Below, in pieces: positions 9,997 to 19,383 of a DNA stretch of 64,000 bases. The notes beneath the pieces are model-generated. The model did no database searches, was not told the origin of the DNA, and saw nothing but the letters and a program-made list of their open reading frames with translations. Each line of letters opens with the position of its first letter. Within the stretch, counting starts at the first letter, position 1. The translations under genes and the position numbers were made by a program. The DNA is taken from contig DVNV01000002.1 of assembly GCA_018714125.1 (NCBI GenBank), positions 7,337 to 71,336 of the forward strand. Reading direction: 5' to 3'. Origin of the DNA: Candidatus Galloscillospira excrementipullorum (GTDB lineage Bacteria; Bacillota; Clostridia; Oscillospirales; Feifaniaceae).

Positions 9997-11160
9997 ATGC
10001 CTTATAAAGTCAAGCTGCTAAACAACATTGCAAAAGCTGCCACCGACTTGCTGCCCAAAGAGCTGTATGAGGTGGGAGAGCAGGTGCAGTCGCCCGACGC
10101 CATCATCGTGCGCTCGGCGGATATGCACGCATATGAGAGAAACCCCGAGCTTGTCGCCATCGCCCGCGCGGGCGCCGGCGTCAACAACATCCCCCTGGAA
10201 GAGTGCGCCAAGGACGGCGTGGTGGTCTTCAACACGCCCGGCGCCAATGCCAATGCCGTCAAGGAGCTGGTCATCTGCGCCCTGCTGCTGTGCGGGCGAG
10301 ACGTGCTGGGCGGCATCACCTGGGCCAGAAACCTGGCCGGCTGCTGTGAGGACGTGGAGCCCACGGTGGAAAAGGGAAAGAAGAACTTTGTGGGCGGGGA
10401 AATTGCCGGAAAGACGCTGGGCGTCGTGGGCCTTGGCGCCATCGGCGTCAAGGTGGCAAACGCCGCCGTCTCGCTGGGCATGAAGGTCAAGGGATACGAC
10501 CCCATACTCAGCCCCGCCGCCAAGAGCACGCTGTGCAGCGAGGTGACGGTGGTTGGCTCCATCGACGAGCTGTGGGGCTGCTGCGACTACATCACGCTGC
10601 ACCTGCCGCTCAACGACCACACCCGCCACATGGTGGGAGCGCAGCAGCTCTCGGCCATGAAGCCGGGCGCCGTGCTGCTCAATCTGGCGCGCGGCGGCCT
10701 TGTGGACGAGGCCCCTCTGCTGGCGGCACTCGACAGCGGCAGCCTGCGCGGCTATGTGACCGACTTCCCCAACGAAAAGGTCATCAGCAATCCCAAGGTG
10801 CTGCCCATCCCCCATCTGGGCGCTTCCACCCCGGAATCGGAGGAAAACTGCGCGCTCATGGCGGCGCAGCAGCTGCGGGACTATCTGGAGCAGGGCGTGA
10901 TTCGCAATTCGGTCAACTACCCCGCTTTCGATCTTCCCAAAACGGCGCCCTGCCGCCTGTGTATCCTGCATGAAAACGACGGGGCCGACCTGGGCGGCAT
11001 GGTGCGTGTGCTGCTGGAGGACTGCGGGATTGTGGACACGCACCGCAATGAAAGAGGGGGCGCAGCCTACACGGTGGTGGATTTGGAGCACCGCCCCATC
11101 GACCAGGCAATTGAGAGCCTGCGCGAGCTGCAGGGCGTGCTGCGCCTGCGCTGCCTGTAA
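9997..11160 (+). CDS. serA: D-3-phosphoglycerate dehydrogenase (2-hydroxyacid dehydrogenase fold plus C-terminal regulatory domain)
   Basis: The NAD-binding motif is GVVGLGAIGVKVA. LNLARGGLVDE and a catalytic His region are present. It starts 2 nt after serC. Confidence 0.9.
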   Translation: MPYKVKLLNNIAKAATDLLPKELYEVGEQVQSPDAIIVRSADMHAYERNPELVAIARAGAGVNNIPLEECAKDGVVVFNTPGANANAVKELVICALLLCGRDVLGGITWARNLAGCCEDVEPTVEKGKKNFVGGEIAGKTLGVVGLGAIGVKVANAAVSLGMKVKGYDPILSPAAKSTLCSEVTVVGSIDELWGCCDYITLHLPLNDHTRHMVGAQQLSAMKPGAVLLNLARGGLVDEAPLLAALDSGSLRGYVTDFPNEKVISNPKVLPIPHLGASTPESEENCALMAAQQLRDYLEQGVIRNSVNYPAFDLPKTAPCRLCILHENDGADLGGMVRVLLEDCGIVDTHRNERGGAAYTVVDLEHRPIDQAIESLRELQGVLRLRCL

Positions 11161-11171
11161 GGAGGATATCA

Positions 11172-12353
11172 ATGAATGCTGCGCTGATCGACGCATTTGC
11201 GGCCCTGGGCGTTTCCATTCCGAATATTTTGCTTCCCGCTCCGGGGGTGGACTTAAACAAGTTTGCCGTGGTGGCCTGTGACCAGCACGTTTCGGACCCC
11301 GCATACTGGGAGGCGGTGGAAGCCTATGTGGGCGACGCCCCTTCGGCGCTGCGCCTCATGCTTCCCGAGGCCTATCTTGAAAAGCCCGACCGTGCCGCAC
11401 GGGTGGAGGCCATCAATGCGGCCATGAAGAGTTACCTTGAAAAGGGGCTGCTTCGCGAGGTGGGAGAGGGCTTTGTTTACCTGCACCGAACCATCTCGAC
11501 CGGCGTGCGCCACGGGCTGATGATGGCGCTGGACCTTGAACAATATGACTACACCCCCGGTGCGAAAAGCCTCATCCGGGCGACCGAGCAGACAATCCCC
11601 GAGCGGCTGCCGCCGCGCGTGGAAATCCGCAAGGGCGCGGTGCTCGAGCTGCCGCACATCATGGTGCTGGTGGACGACCCGGAAAACCTGTTGCTGGGGA
11701 CGCTGGAGCAGGCGCTGCCCCAGCTCACCCAGTGCTACGACTTTGACCTCATGCAGCAAAGCGGCCATCTCACGGGCTGGCTGGTGCAGCAGGAAGAGCT
11801 GCTTGCCCGGCTGGCCGATATTCTCGGCACGCTGTGCAGAAAGGGCGACGGCCTGCTCTTTGCCATGGGCGACGGCAACCATTCCCTGGCCACCGCCAAG
11901 GCCTGCTGGGAGCAGCTCAAGCCCACGCTGTCCGGGAGCGAGCGGGAGTGCCATCCCGCCCGGTACGCCCTGTGCGAGATTGTCAATTTGCACGACGAGG
12001 CCATGGTGTTTGAGCCCATCCACAGGGTGCTGTTCTCGGTGGACGAGAAGGCGCTGGAGCGGGAGACCGGAATCACGGCGCAGAGCATGCCGCCCCTGCA
12101 GCAGCTTCAGCCCCTGCTCGACGAATATCTCAAGGCGCACCCCGAAACAAAAATCGACTACGTCCACGGCAGCAAGGCCGCCCTGGAGCTTGGAGCCAGG
12201 GAGGGCAATCTGGCGCTGCTCATGCCGCCCTTTGACAAGAGCAGCCTGTATGACATCGTGCGGCGTGACGGCGTTTTGGTTCGCAAGAGCTTCTCGCTGG
12301 GCGAGGCGCCCGACAAGAGATTTTATCTCGAAGCGAGAAAAATCACCAGATAG
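11172..12353 (+). CDS. DUF1015-family protein of unknown function
   Basis: 393 aa. It starts 11 nt after the serA stop with the SD AAGGAGG. The N-terminus IPNILLPAPGVDLNKFAVVACDQH and the motif GDGNHSLATAK resemble the DUF1015 family as I recall it. Confidence 0.8.
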   Translation: MNAALIDAFAALGVSIPNILLPAPGVDLNKFAVVACDQHVSDPAYWEAVEAYVGDAPSALRLMLPEAYLEKPDRAARVEAINAAMKSYLEKGLLREVGEGFVYLHRTISTGVRHGLMMALDLEQYDYTPGAKSLIRATEQTIPERLPPRVEIRKGAVLELPHIMVLVDDPENLLLGTLEQALPQLTQCYDFDLMQQSGHLTGWLVQQEELLARLADILGTLCRKGDGLLFAMGDGNHSLATAKACWEQLKPTLSGSERECHPARYALCEIVNLHDEAMVFEPIHRVLFSVDEKALERETGITAQSMPPLQQLQPLLDEYLKAHPETKIDYVHGSKAALELGAREGNLALLMPPFDKSSLYDIVRRDGVLVRKSFSLGEAPDKRFYLEARKITR

Positions 12354-12430
12354 GGCGGGCTGCGTCGGCGCAGGAGGACAAAAAAGCCTTTTTGGGGCAA
12401 ACTTTCTTTTGTTTGCCGGCCTTTCGGATA

Positions 12431-12460
12431 TTGACAAAGGTGTGGGAACACCCTTATAAT
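12431..12460 (+). promoter_or_regulatory. SigmaA-like promoter of yceD-rpmF
   Basis: TTGACA (12431-12436), an 18-nt spacer, then TATAAT (12455-12460). Confidence 0.55.
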
Positions 12461-12489
12461 GAATGTTGCGCTTAACGGATTACAGGAGT

Positions 12490-12993
12490 ATGGGAATGAA
12501 GGTAGACATCACTTCGGTGCTGAAAAACAGCGACGAGCGGATTGATTTTGACTATCCGGCCGACTTCTCTGAGCTGGAGCTGGCCGATGGAGAGCGTCCT
12601 GCCCCGCAGCCTCTTGCGGTGCGCGGCAGCGTTTTCTCCAGACACGGTGCCGTAACGCTGGAATTTTGCATAACCGGTGTGCTGACGCTCAGATGCGACC
12701 GGTGTGCTTCGGAGTATGAGCTGCCTGTTTCCTGCCCCTTTTCCGCCATGGTTTCGGCGGACCCCGAGCAAGAGGAGAGCGAAAAGCTGGTCGTGGCGCA
12801 GGGAAACGTCCTGGACATCGGCGAGCTGGCGCAAATGGCGCTGCTGCTGTGGATGCCAACAAAGCAGCTCTGCAGGGAGGACTGCAGGGGGCTTTGTCCG
12901 ATTTGCGGCGCGAATCTCAACGAGGGGGAGTGCGGCTGCGACAGGCGCCGCGTGGATCCCCGTCTGGAAGGACTCAAAAAATTTTTGGAATAA
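12490..12993 (+). CDS. yceD: YceD/DUF177-family protein (large-subunit rRNA accumulation protein)
   Basis: The C-terminal Cys cluster is CREDCRGLCPICGANLNEGECGC. It has the conserved position immediately upstream of rpmF. The start may be 12490 or 12496. Confidence 0.85.
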   Translation: MGMKVDITSVLKNSDERIDFDYPADFSELELADGERPAPQPLAVRGSVFSRHGAVTLEFCITGVLTLRCDRCASEYELPVSCPFSAMVSADPEQEESEKLVVAQGNVLDIGELAQMALLLWMPTKQLCREDCRGLCPICGANLNEGECGCDRRRVDPRLEGLKKFLE

Positions 12994-13017
12994 AGAGAAC
13001 CCGGGAGGTGTAACGTA

Positions 13018-13203
13018 ATGGCAGTACCGAAGAGGTATACATCCAAGGCGCGTAAGCATACGCGCAGAAGCGCGGTGTGGAAGCTCCAGCCCCCCACGCT
13101 TGTCAGATGCAAGGAGTGCAAGGAGCTGATTGTTCCGCACAGAGTATGCCCCAACTGCGGCTTTTACGGCGGCAAGGCTGTTGTGGTAAAAGCGGAGGAT
13201 TAG
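13018..13203 (+). CDS. rpmF: 50S ribosomal protein L32
   Basis: MAVPKRYTSKARKHTRRS...CKECKELIVPHRVCPNCGFY. Confidence 0.95.
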   Translation: MAVPKRYTSKARKHTRRSAVWKLQPPTLVRCKECKELIVPHRVCPNCGFYGGKAVVVKAED

Positions 13204-13210
13204 GCAAACC

Positions 13211-13242
13211 AAAAGCGGGGGTTTTGAAAACCCCCGCTTTTT
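13211..13242 (+). terminator. Intrinsic terminator after rpmF
   Basis: AAAAGCGGGGGTTT tga AAACCCCCGCTTTTT. Confidence 0.85.
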
Positions 13243-13348
13243 GCAGTTTGCGCGAAGCACAGGGAAAAAGACGTGGAAGGGCGCTGCGGTGCGCACCCTT
13301 GAAAAGGGTGCGTGCGGCGGCGTACAGGCTTTGGAGGCAGGGGGATTT

Positions 13349-14665
13349 ATGGGAATTGAAGTCATTGAAGTGACGGCGGGCGGCCCTTGTCACGGCAAGG
13401 TCGTGCCGGGGGAGCGGCTGGAGGCCATTGACGGCCACCCCATTGCCGACGTGCTCGACTACATGCATTTTTCCATCGGGGAAAACCCTCGCCTCACGCT
13501 GGGCGACGCACAGGGAAACCGGCGTGAGCTGCGCATTCAAAAGCCGGAGTATGAGGAGCTGGGGCTGGAATTTGCCAGCTTTTTGATGGACAGGCAGAGA
13601 AGCTGCGCCAACCGCTGCATTTTCTGCTTTATTGACCAGCTTCCAAAGGGCATGCGCGAAACGCTGTATTTCAAGGACGACGATGCCAGACTGTCTTTTC
13701 TCATGGGAAACTATATCTCCATGACAAACCTCTCGGAGCACGATGTGCAGCGCATGATTGACTACCGCGTCAGCCCCATCAACATCTCGGTGCACACCAC
13801 AAATCCCGAGCTGCGCAGCAAGATGCTGGGCAACCGGCGCGGCGGGGAGAGCCTTGCCCTGCTCGACCGCTTTGCACAGGCGGGGCTTGACCTCAACTGC
13901 CAGATTGTGGTGTGCAAGGGCATCAACGACGGGGAGGAGCTGAGCAAAACGCTTGACAAGCTGCTCAGCCTTGCCCCTGCAGTCGACAGCGTGGCCGTGG
14001 TGCCGGCGGGGCTGACGGGGCACCGCGAGGGCCTCTTTCCCTTAGAGCCCTTCGACAGGGCGGGCGCGGCAGACGTTGTTGCCCGGGTGCAGCGTGCGGG
14101 AGATGAGGCCGTGCAAAAGCACGGGCGCCGCATCGTGTTTGCCTCGGACGAGCTCTACCTGCAGGCGGGCATTGCGCTGCCCGACTATGAGTTTTATGAG
14201 GATTTCCCGCAGCTTGAAAACGGCATCGGCATGATTGCCATGCTGGAGGAAGAGGTGCATGCCGCACTGCCCGACCTGGTCGCGCCGTCAAGGCCAAGAC
14301 GCGTGACGGCGGTGACGGGGGAGGCGGTTTTCCCTTATTTGCAAAGACTGGTTGACGAAATCGAGAATCAATGCCATAATAACTTAAGTGTTGCGCTTAA
14401 GGCCGTTCGCAACGACTTTTTCGGCGGGAAAATCAACGTCACGGGGCTTGTCACGGGGCGCGACATTGCGGCGCAGCTTGAGGGGCAGGATTTGGGCGAG
14501 GCGCTGATTGTGCCGGCCGTGATGCTGCGCTATGACGGCGCATGTTTTCTCGACGATATGACGCCGCAGCAGCTTTCCGAGCGGCTGGGCGTGCTGGTTG
14601 AGATTTCCCGGATGAGCGGGCAGGGGCTGATAGAGGCCCTGACAGGGCGCCCGGTCTGCTCGTGA
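13349..14665 (+). CDS. Radical SAM protein with N-terminal PDZ-like domain (DUF512-type architecture)
   Basis: Start at MGIEVIEV after the SD GGAGGCAGGGGG. The CX3CX2C motif is CANRCIFC. The PDZ-like N-terminus reads GKVVPGERLEAIDGHPI. Confidence 0.75.
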   Translation: MGIEVIEVTAGGPCHGKVVPGERLEAIDGHPIADVLDYMHFSIGENPRLTLGDAQGNRRELRIQKPEYEELGLEFASFLMDRQRSCANRCIFCFIDQLPKGMRETLYFKDDDARLSFLMGNYISMTNLSEHDVQRMIDYRVSPINISVHTTNPELRSKMLGNRRGGESLALLDRFAQAGLDLNCQIVVCKGINDGEELSKTLDKLLSLAPAVDSVAVVPAGLTGHREGLFPLEPFDRAGAADVVARVQRAGDEAVQKHGRRIVFASDELYLQAGIALPDYEFYEDFPQLENGIGMIAMLEEEVHAALPDLVAPSRPRRVTAVTGEAVFPYLQRLVDEIENQCHNNLSVALKAVRNDFFGGKINVTGLVTGRDIAAQLEGQDLGEALIVPAVMLRYDGACFLDDMTPQQLSERLGVLVEISRMSGQGLIEALTGRPVCS

Positions 14666-14702
14666 CAACCCGAGAAAAAGAAGGACAGAGGATACAAATA
14701 CC

Positions 14703-16028
14703 ATGGCAAAACCCATTGTCGCCATCGTGGGGCGCCCCAATGTGGGGAAATCCACGCTTTTCAACAAACTGATTGGCCAGAGGCTGTCGATTGTAGAGGA
14801 TACGCCGGGCGTTACGCGGGACCGTGTTTACGCCCCCTGCTCCTGGAACGGCCGCACCTTCATGCTGGTGGATACGGGCGGCATCGAGCTGAGCACCGAC
14901 AGCCACATCATGCAGCAGATGCGTGCGCAGGCCGAAATGGCAATTGAGACGGCCGACCTGGTCGTGCTCATGACCGACGTGGAGACGGGGGTCACGGCGG
15001 CCGACCAGGACGTTGCCGACATGCTGCTCAAGGCGAAGAAGAAGATTTTGCTGGCGGTCAACAAGGTGGACGGCACCGGCGACACGCCGCCCGACGTCTA
15101 TGAGTTTTACAACCTGGGGCTGGGGGACCCCTACCCCATCTCCTCGGTGCACGGGCTGGGAACGGGCGACCTGCTCGACAGGATTGTGGAGATGCTGCCG
15201 CCCGAGCAGGAGGGGCAGGAGGAGGACGAGGCCGTCAGGGTGGCCGTCATCGGCAAGCCAAACGCGGGCAAGTCGTCGCTGGTCAACTGCATTTTGGGGC
15301 AGCAGCGCGTCATTGTCTCGAGTGAGGCCGGAACCACGCGCGACGCGGTCGACACCCCTTTTGAAAATGAAAACGGAAAGTATATCTTTATCGACACCGC
15401 AGGGCTGCGCCGCCGCCGCTCGGTGGAAGAGGACATTGAAAAATACAGCGTTATCCGCGCCAACATGGCAATCGAGCGGGCCGACGTCTGCCTGATTCTG
15501 ATTGACGGCACGGAGGGCGTGACCGAGCAGGACACCAAGGTGGCGGGGCTGGCGCACGAGAGCGGCAAGGCCTGCGTGATTGTGGTCAACAAGTGGGACG
15601 CGGTGGAAAAAGACGAGCGCACGATGGACGAGATGCGAAAGGACGTGGCCCGCAAGTTCTCCTTTATGAGCTATGCGCCCATCGCCTTCATCTCGGCCAA
15701 GACGGGGCAGCGCGTCAACCGCCTGTTTGAGCTCATCAACTACGTCCATGAGCAAAACTGCATGCGCATCTCCACCGGCAGGCTCAACGAGGTGCTGGCA
15801 GACGCCCTGCTCAAGGTGCAGCCCCCTACCGATAAGGGAAAGCGCCTGAAGATTCTCTATATGACCCAGGTGAGCGTCAAGCCGCCCACCTTTGTCATCT
15901 TCTGCAACAGGGCAGAGATTTTCCATTTTTCCTACCAGAGGTATCTGGAAAACCAAATCCGTTCGGTCTTTGGCCTGGAGGGCACCTGCATTCGCTTCAT
16001 CATCCGGGAAAAAGGCGAGAGAAACTGA
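14703..16028 (+). CDS. der: Ribosome-biogenesis GTPase Der/EngA (tandem GTPase domains plus KH)
   Basis: It has two G1 motifs, GRPNVGKSTLFN and GKPNAGKSSLVN. DTGG and DTAG are also present. Confidence 0.95.
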   Translation: MAKPIVAIVGRPNVGKSTLFNKLIGQRLSIVEDTPGVTRDRVYAPCSWNGRTFMLVDTGGIELSTDSHIMQQMRAQAEMAIETADLVVLMTDVETGVTAADQDVADMLLKAKKKILLAVNKVDGTGDTPPDVYEFYNLGLGDPYPISSVHGLGTGDLLDRIVEMLPPEQEGQEEDEAVRVAVIGKPNAGKSSLVNCILGQQRVIVSSEAGTTRDAVDTPFENENGKYIFIDTAGLRRRRSVEEDIEKYSVIRANMAIERADVCLILIDGTEGVTEQDTKVAGLAHESGKACVIVVNKWDAVEKDERTMDEMRKDVARKFSFMSYAPIAFISAKTGQRVNRLFELINYVHEQNCMRISTGRLNEVLADALLKVQPPTDKGKRLKILYMTQVSVKPPTFVIFCNRAEIFHFSYQRYLENQIRSVFGLEGTCIRFIIREKGERN

Positions 16029-16156
16029 CGCCAGGGCGGGGCAAAAGGCTCTTTTGGAGCGCTGTTTGGCGGGGTGTCCCGAAGGGGAGCGCCGCCGGAA
16101 CATCAAGGAACCATCCGGGCAGGCAGCCCGCAACTCAATTTTAGGGGGTCACGTTA

Positions 16157-16783
16157 GTGGGAGTCAGCTTAAACGACGCGTTTATTGTCTTGTTTGGCTA
16201 TCTGCTGGGCAGCGTCAATTTTGCCATTATCATTTCCAAGGCCAGCGGGAACGGCGATGTGCGCGACTACGGGAGCGGAAACGCCGGAACCAGCAATGTG
16301 GCGCGCACCATCGGGCTCAAGTATGGGGCTGTGGTCATGGTGCTCGACATTCTCAAGGGCTTTATTGCCGCCATGGTCGGAAAGCATTTTGTCCCGGCAG
16401 ACGGTGTCCTGCTGGGAGGCTTTGCCGCCATTTTGGGGCACAGGTATCCCATCTTCTTCAAAATGAGAGGCGGAAAATCGGTGGCCACCTACGGCGGCGT
16501 GCTGCTGGCCATTGACTACAGGATTGCCTTCTGTTTTGCGGGAGCATGGCTCTTTTTCATCCTCATCACCAGATACATGGCCATGGGCGCCATCCTGGGC
16601 GTTTGGATTGTTCCCATGGTGGCACGGCACTTCCAGCCTGATTTCACAATCCTGCCGACCTACGGCATTGCAATCGGGTGGATTTTGGTCTTTTTCCACC
16701 GTCAGAACTTCAAGAGGATTCGCCAGAGAACCGAGCCCAAGGTTTCCTTCAAGCTGCATGCAAAAGAGCAAAAATACGATTGA
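16157..16783 (+). CDS. plsY: Glycerol-3-phosphate acyltransferase PlsY
   Basis: GTG start. GYLLGSVNFAIIISK...GSGNAGTSNVAR is the PlsY signature. Confidence 0.95.
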   Translation: MGVSLNDAFIVLFGYLLGSVNFAIIISKASGNGDVRDYGSGNAGTSNVARTIGLKYGAVVMVLDILKGFIAAMVGKHFVPADGVLLGGFAAILGHRYPIFFKMRGGKSVATYGGVLLAIDYRIAFCFAGAWLFFILITRYMAMGAILGVWIVPMVARHFQPDFTILPTYGIAIGWILVFFHRQNFKRIRQRTEPKVSFKLHAKEQKYD

Positions 16784-16897
16784 GGCGCGAAAAAACCTTG
16801 ATTTTATCGGGTGAAAATGATATAATACCATTCGTCGCGCAATGCGCGGTGATTTGAACAGAAAAAACAATGCTCAAAAGCATAGGAGGAATAGAGT

Positions 16898-17086
16898 ATG
16901 GCCAAGTGTGATGTTTGCGGCAAGGGCGTGACCTTTGGAATCAAAGTGTCTCACTCCCACAGACGCTCCAATCGTGCCTGGAAGCCCAATGTCAAGCGCG
17001 TCAAGGCGGTGGTCAACGGAACGCCCAAGCACATCAACGTCTGCACCAGATGCCTGCGCTCCGGGAAAGTCACCCGTGCGGTCTGA
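16898..17086 (+). CDS. rpmB: 50S ribosomal protein L28
   Basis: MAKCDVCGKGVTFGIKVSHSHRRSNRAWKPNVKRV. Confidence 0.95.
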   Translation: MAKCDVCGKGVTFGIKVSHSHRRSNRAWKPNVKRVKAVVNGTPKHINVCTRCLRSGKVTRAV

Positions 17087-17124
17087 GGCAGGAACACAAA
17101 CATAACCTTATTCAAGGTTCAAAC

Positions 17125-17164
17125 CGGGCGGTGCGCGGCGCAATGCCGAAGGCACCGCCCGTTT
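17125..17164 (+). terminator. Probable rpmB terminator (weak U-tract)
   Basis: Stem CGGGCGGTGC pairs with GCACCGCCCG, followed by TTTG. Confidence 0.55.
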
Positions 17165-17216
17165 GCCATGCCCTTAAAAAGAATCTTTTTGTGCGGCACA
17201 CCTGCCGGGCAAAAGG

Positions 17217-17260
17217 AAAAGGGGCCTGCCGCAGAGCCACTCTGCGGCAGGCCCCTTTTT
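17217..17260. terminator. Perfect 20-bp hairpin with flanking A/T runs (terminator-like, bidirectional geometry)
   Basis: AAAAGGGGCCTGCCGCAGAG cca CTCTGCGGCAGGCCCCTTTTT. Confidence 0.7.
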
Positions 17261-17374
17261 GCGCCCTCTGAGGCGCAAAAGGGGAGCAGAGGGCCGGTGC
17301 GCTGCAGGCAGGGGAGGGGGCCGCTTGTAAAAAGCCGCCCCGCCGGGAAAAGTCCAAAAGAGGGGGCCAGGCGG

Positions 17375-17403
17375 TTGTCATTTTTACGAAAAGCAGGTAT
17401 AAT
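17375..17403 (+). promoter_or_regulatory. SigmaA-like promoter of hprK-murB-whiA
   Basis: TTGTCA (17375-17380), a 17-nt spacer, then TATAAT (17398-17403). Confidence 0.55.
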
Positions 17404-17449
17404 AATTTCCTACGGCAACATGTTTGATATGGGATAAGGAGAAATTCAC

Positions 17450-18418
17450 ATGCAGTATTCCATTTCGCTAGGTCACATCATCGACAAGTTTGAGCTTGAA
17501 GAGCTGCACATGCCGGAAAACGGCAGGAAAAAGCAGATTCTGCGCTCGGACCTGCACCGTCCCGGGCTGGCGCTGGCCGGCTTTACCGATTTTTTTGACA
17601 ACAAGCGGCTGCTGCTCATGTCGCGCAGCGAGATTGCCTATCTGCGCCAGCTCGAGCCGGAGCTGCGCAAAAGCCGCATTGACGAGATGCTCAGCCGGCG
17701 TTCCCCGGCGCTGATTTTAGCGCGCGGCGTCATCCCCCTGCCCGAGCTGCGGGAGGCCTGCCAGAGCTTTGGCGTGCCCCTGCTGCGTTCGGGGGAGAGC
17801 TCCACCATTTTGACCTCCAAGCTCTTTGAATACCTGAGCATACAGCTTGCCCCGCGCACCACCGTCCACGGTGTACTGATGGAGGTCTACGGCTGGGGCG
17901 TGCTGATTATGGGGGAGAGCGGCATCGGCAAAAGCGAGACGGCCATCGAGCTCATCAAGCGGGGGCATCGGCTGGTGGCCGACGACGCCGTGGAAATCAA
18001 GCGTCTGCCCGATGGAAGGCTGCAGGGCACGGCGCCCGAGTCCATCCGCCACTTTATTGAAATCAGGGGAATCGGCGTGCTCGATGTGCGCAGGCTGTTT
18101 GGAATGAGCGCCGTCAAGCTCTATGAGAATATTTTGCTGGTGGTGCGGCTGGAAAACTGGGACAGCAAGAAAAAGTATGACAGGCTGGGCCTGGAAGACC
18201 AGACCATGGACATCCTGGAGGTTCCGGTGCCAGCCATCACCGTCCCGGTACGGCCGGGGCGCAACCTGTCGACCATCGTGGAGGTGGCCGCCATGAACGC
18301 CCGCATGAAGATGATGGGCTACAATTCGGCGCGCGAGCTGGAGCGCCGCATTCTGGAATCCATCCAGGCAGGCTCGCCTGCGCTGGTTGAGGAAATGAGA
18401 AGGAGCGATGCCTTTTGA
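17450..18418 (+). CDS. hprK: HPr kinase/phosphorylase
   Basis: The Walker A motif is GESGIGKSETAIELIKRGHRLVADD. The IEIRGIGVLDV signature is also present. Confidence 0.95.
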   Translation: MQYSISLGHIIDKFELEELHMPENGRKKQILRSDLHRPGLALAGFTDFFDNKRLLLMSRSEIAYLRQLEPELRKSRIDEMLSRRSPALILARGVIPLPELREACQSFGVPLLRSGESSTILTSKLFEYLSIQLAPRTTVHGVLMEVYGWGVLIMGESGIGKSETAIELIKRGHRLVADDAVEIKRLPDGRLQGTAPESIRHFIEIRGIGVLDVRRLFGMSAVKLYENILLVVRLENWDSKKKYDRLGLEDQTMDILEVPVPAITVPVRPGRNLSTIVEVAAMNARMKMMGYNSARELERRILESIQAGSPALVEEMRRSDAF

Positions 18419-19383
18419 GAGAGGAACACGTCCCCCTGTCGGCTGGCGTTGCGGCGCTCGAGCAGGAGCTCAGGCGCCTCGAGCTGTGTGAGGAAATTTG
18501 TCCCATGGCGCCCATGGCGCCGCGCACCACGCTGCGCATCGGCGGCGCGGCCGACCTTTTGGTGACGCCGCGCAGCGCCTCGGCTGTGGCTGAAATTGTC
18601 GCGCTGGCGCGGGAGGGGGGAGTCCCCTTTCTCATTTTGGGAAACGGCTCCAATCTTTTGGTCAGCGATTTGGGCGTGGAGGGCCTTGTCATCTCCCTGC
18701 GCGAGACGCTGTGCAAAACAAGGCGCGAGGGCAACCGTCTGACGGCGGGAGCCGGGCTGCTGCTGTCGGCAGCGGCGGCCTTTGCGCGCGACGAGGGGCT
18801 GTCGGGCCTGGAGTTTGCCGCCGGCATCCCCGGGACGGTGGGCGGCGGCGTCTATATGAACTGCGGCGCCTACGGCAGCGAGATGAAGGATGTGGTCGAG
18901 AGCTCGCTGGTGCTGGGAAGCGACGGCGAAATTTCCATTCTCAAGGCCCGTCAGCACGGGTTTTCCTACCGGCACTCAAGCCTGATGGAAAACGGCGACA
19001 TTGTGCTGGCCACCACCTTTTTGCTCTCTCCCGCCCGTTCTGAAGAGATTTCGGAGCGCATGGAAGAGCTCATGGCGCGCCGCAGGGAGAAGCAGCCGCT
19101 CAGCCTGCCCTCCGCCGGCAGCACCTTCAAGCGCCCGCAGGGGGGCTTTGCGGCCCAGATGATTGACGAGGCCGGCCTCAAGGGACGCCGTGTGGGCGGC
19201 GCCATGGTCAGCGAAAAGCATGCGGGCTTTCTGGTCAACGCGGGCGGCGCGACGGCGGCAGACATGCTGGCGCTCATGCTGCTGGTGCAGCAGACGGTGC
19301 AGCAGCGCACGGGCGTGACGCTCGAGCCGGAGGTGCGCTTTGTGGGCCGGGAAATGGAGAACAGCCATGTCCTTTACAAATGA
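18415..19383 (+). CDS. murB: UDP-N-acetylenolpyruvoylglucosamine reductase
   Basis: RTTLRIGGAADLLV, GNGSNLLVSD and AGSTFKRP are present. The TTG start overlapping the hprK stop is uncertain by up to about 30 codons. Confidence 0.9.
   Translation: MREEHVPLSAGVAALEQELRRLELCEEICPMAPMAPRTTLRIGGAADLLVTPRSASAVAEIVALAREGGVPFLILGNGSNLLVSDLGVEGLVISLRETLCKTRREGNRLTAGAGLLLSAAAAFARDEGLSGLEFAAGIPGTVGGGVYMNCGAYGSEMKDVVESSLVLGSDGEISILKARQHGFSYRHSSLMENGDIVLATTFLLSPARSEEISERMEELMARRREKQPLSLPSAGSTFKRPQGGFAAQMIDEAGLKGRRVGGAMVSEKHAGFLVNAGGATAADMLALMLLVQQTVQQRTGVTLEPEVRFVGREMENSHVLYK

Noticed and set aside
12464-12475. The 12-mer TGTTGCGCTTAA is shared between 12464-12475 and 14389-14400.
   Set aside because: On the order of a hundred chance 12-mer matches are expected among all position pairs in 64 kb. 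The two copies share no extended flanking similarity.
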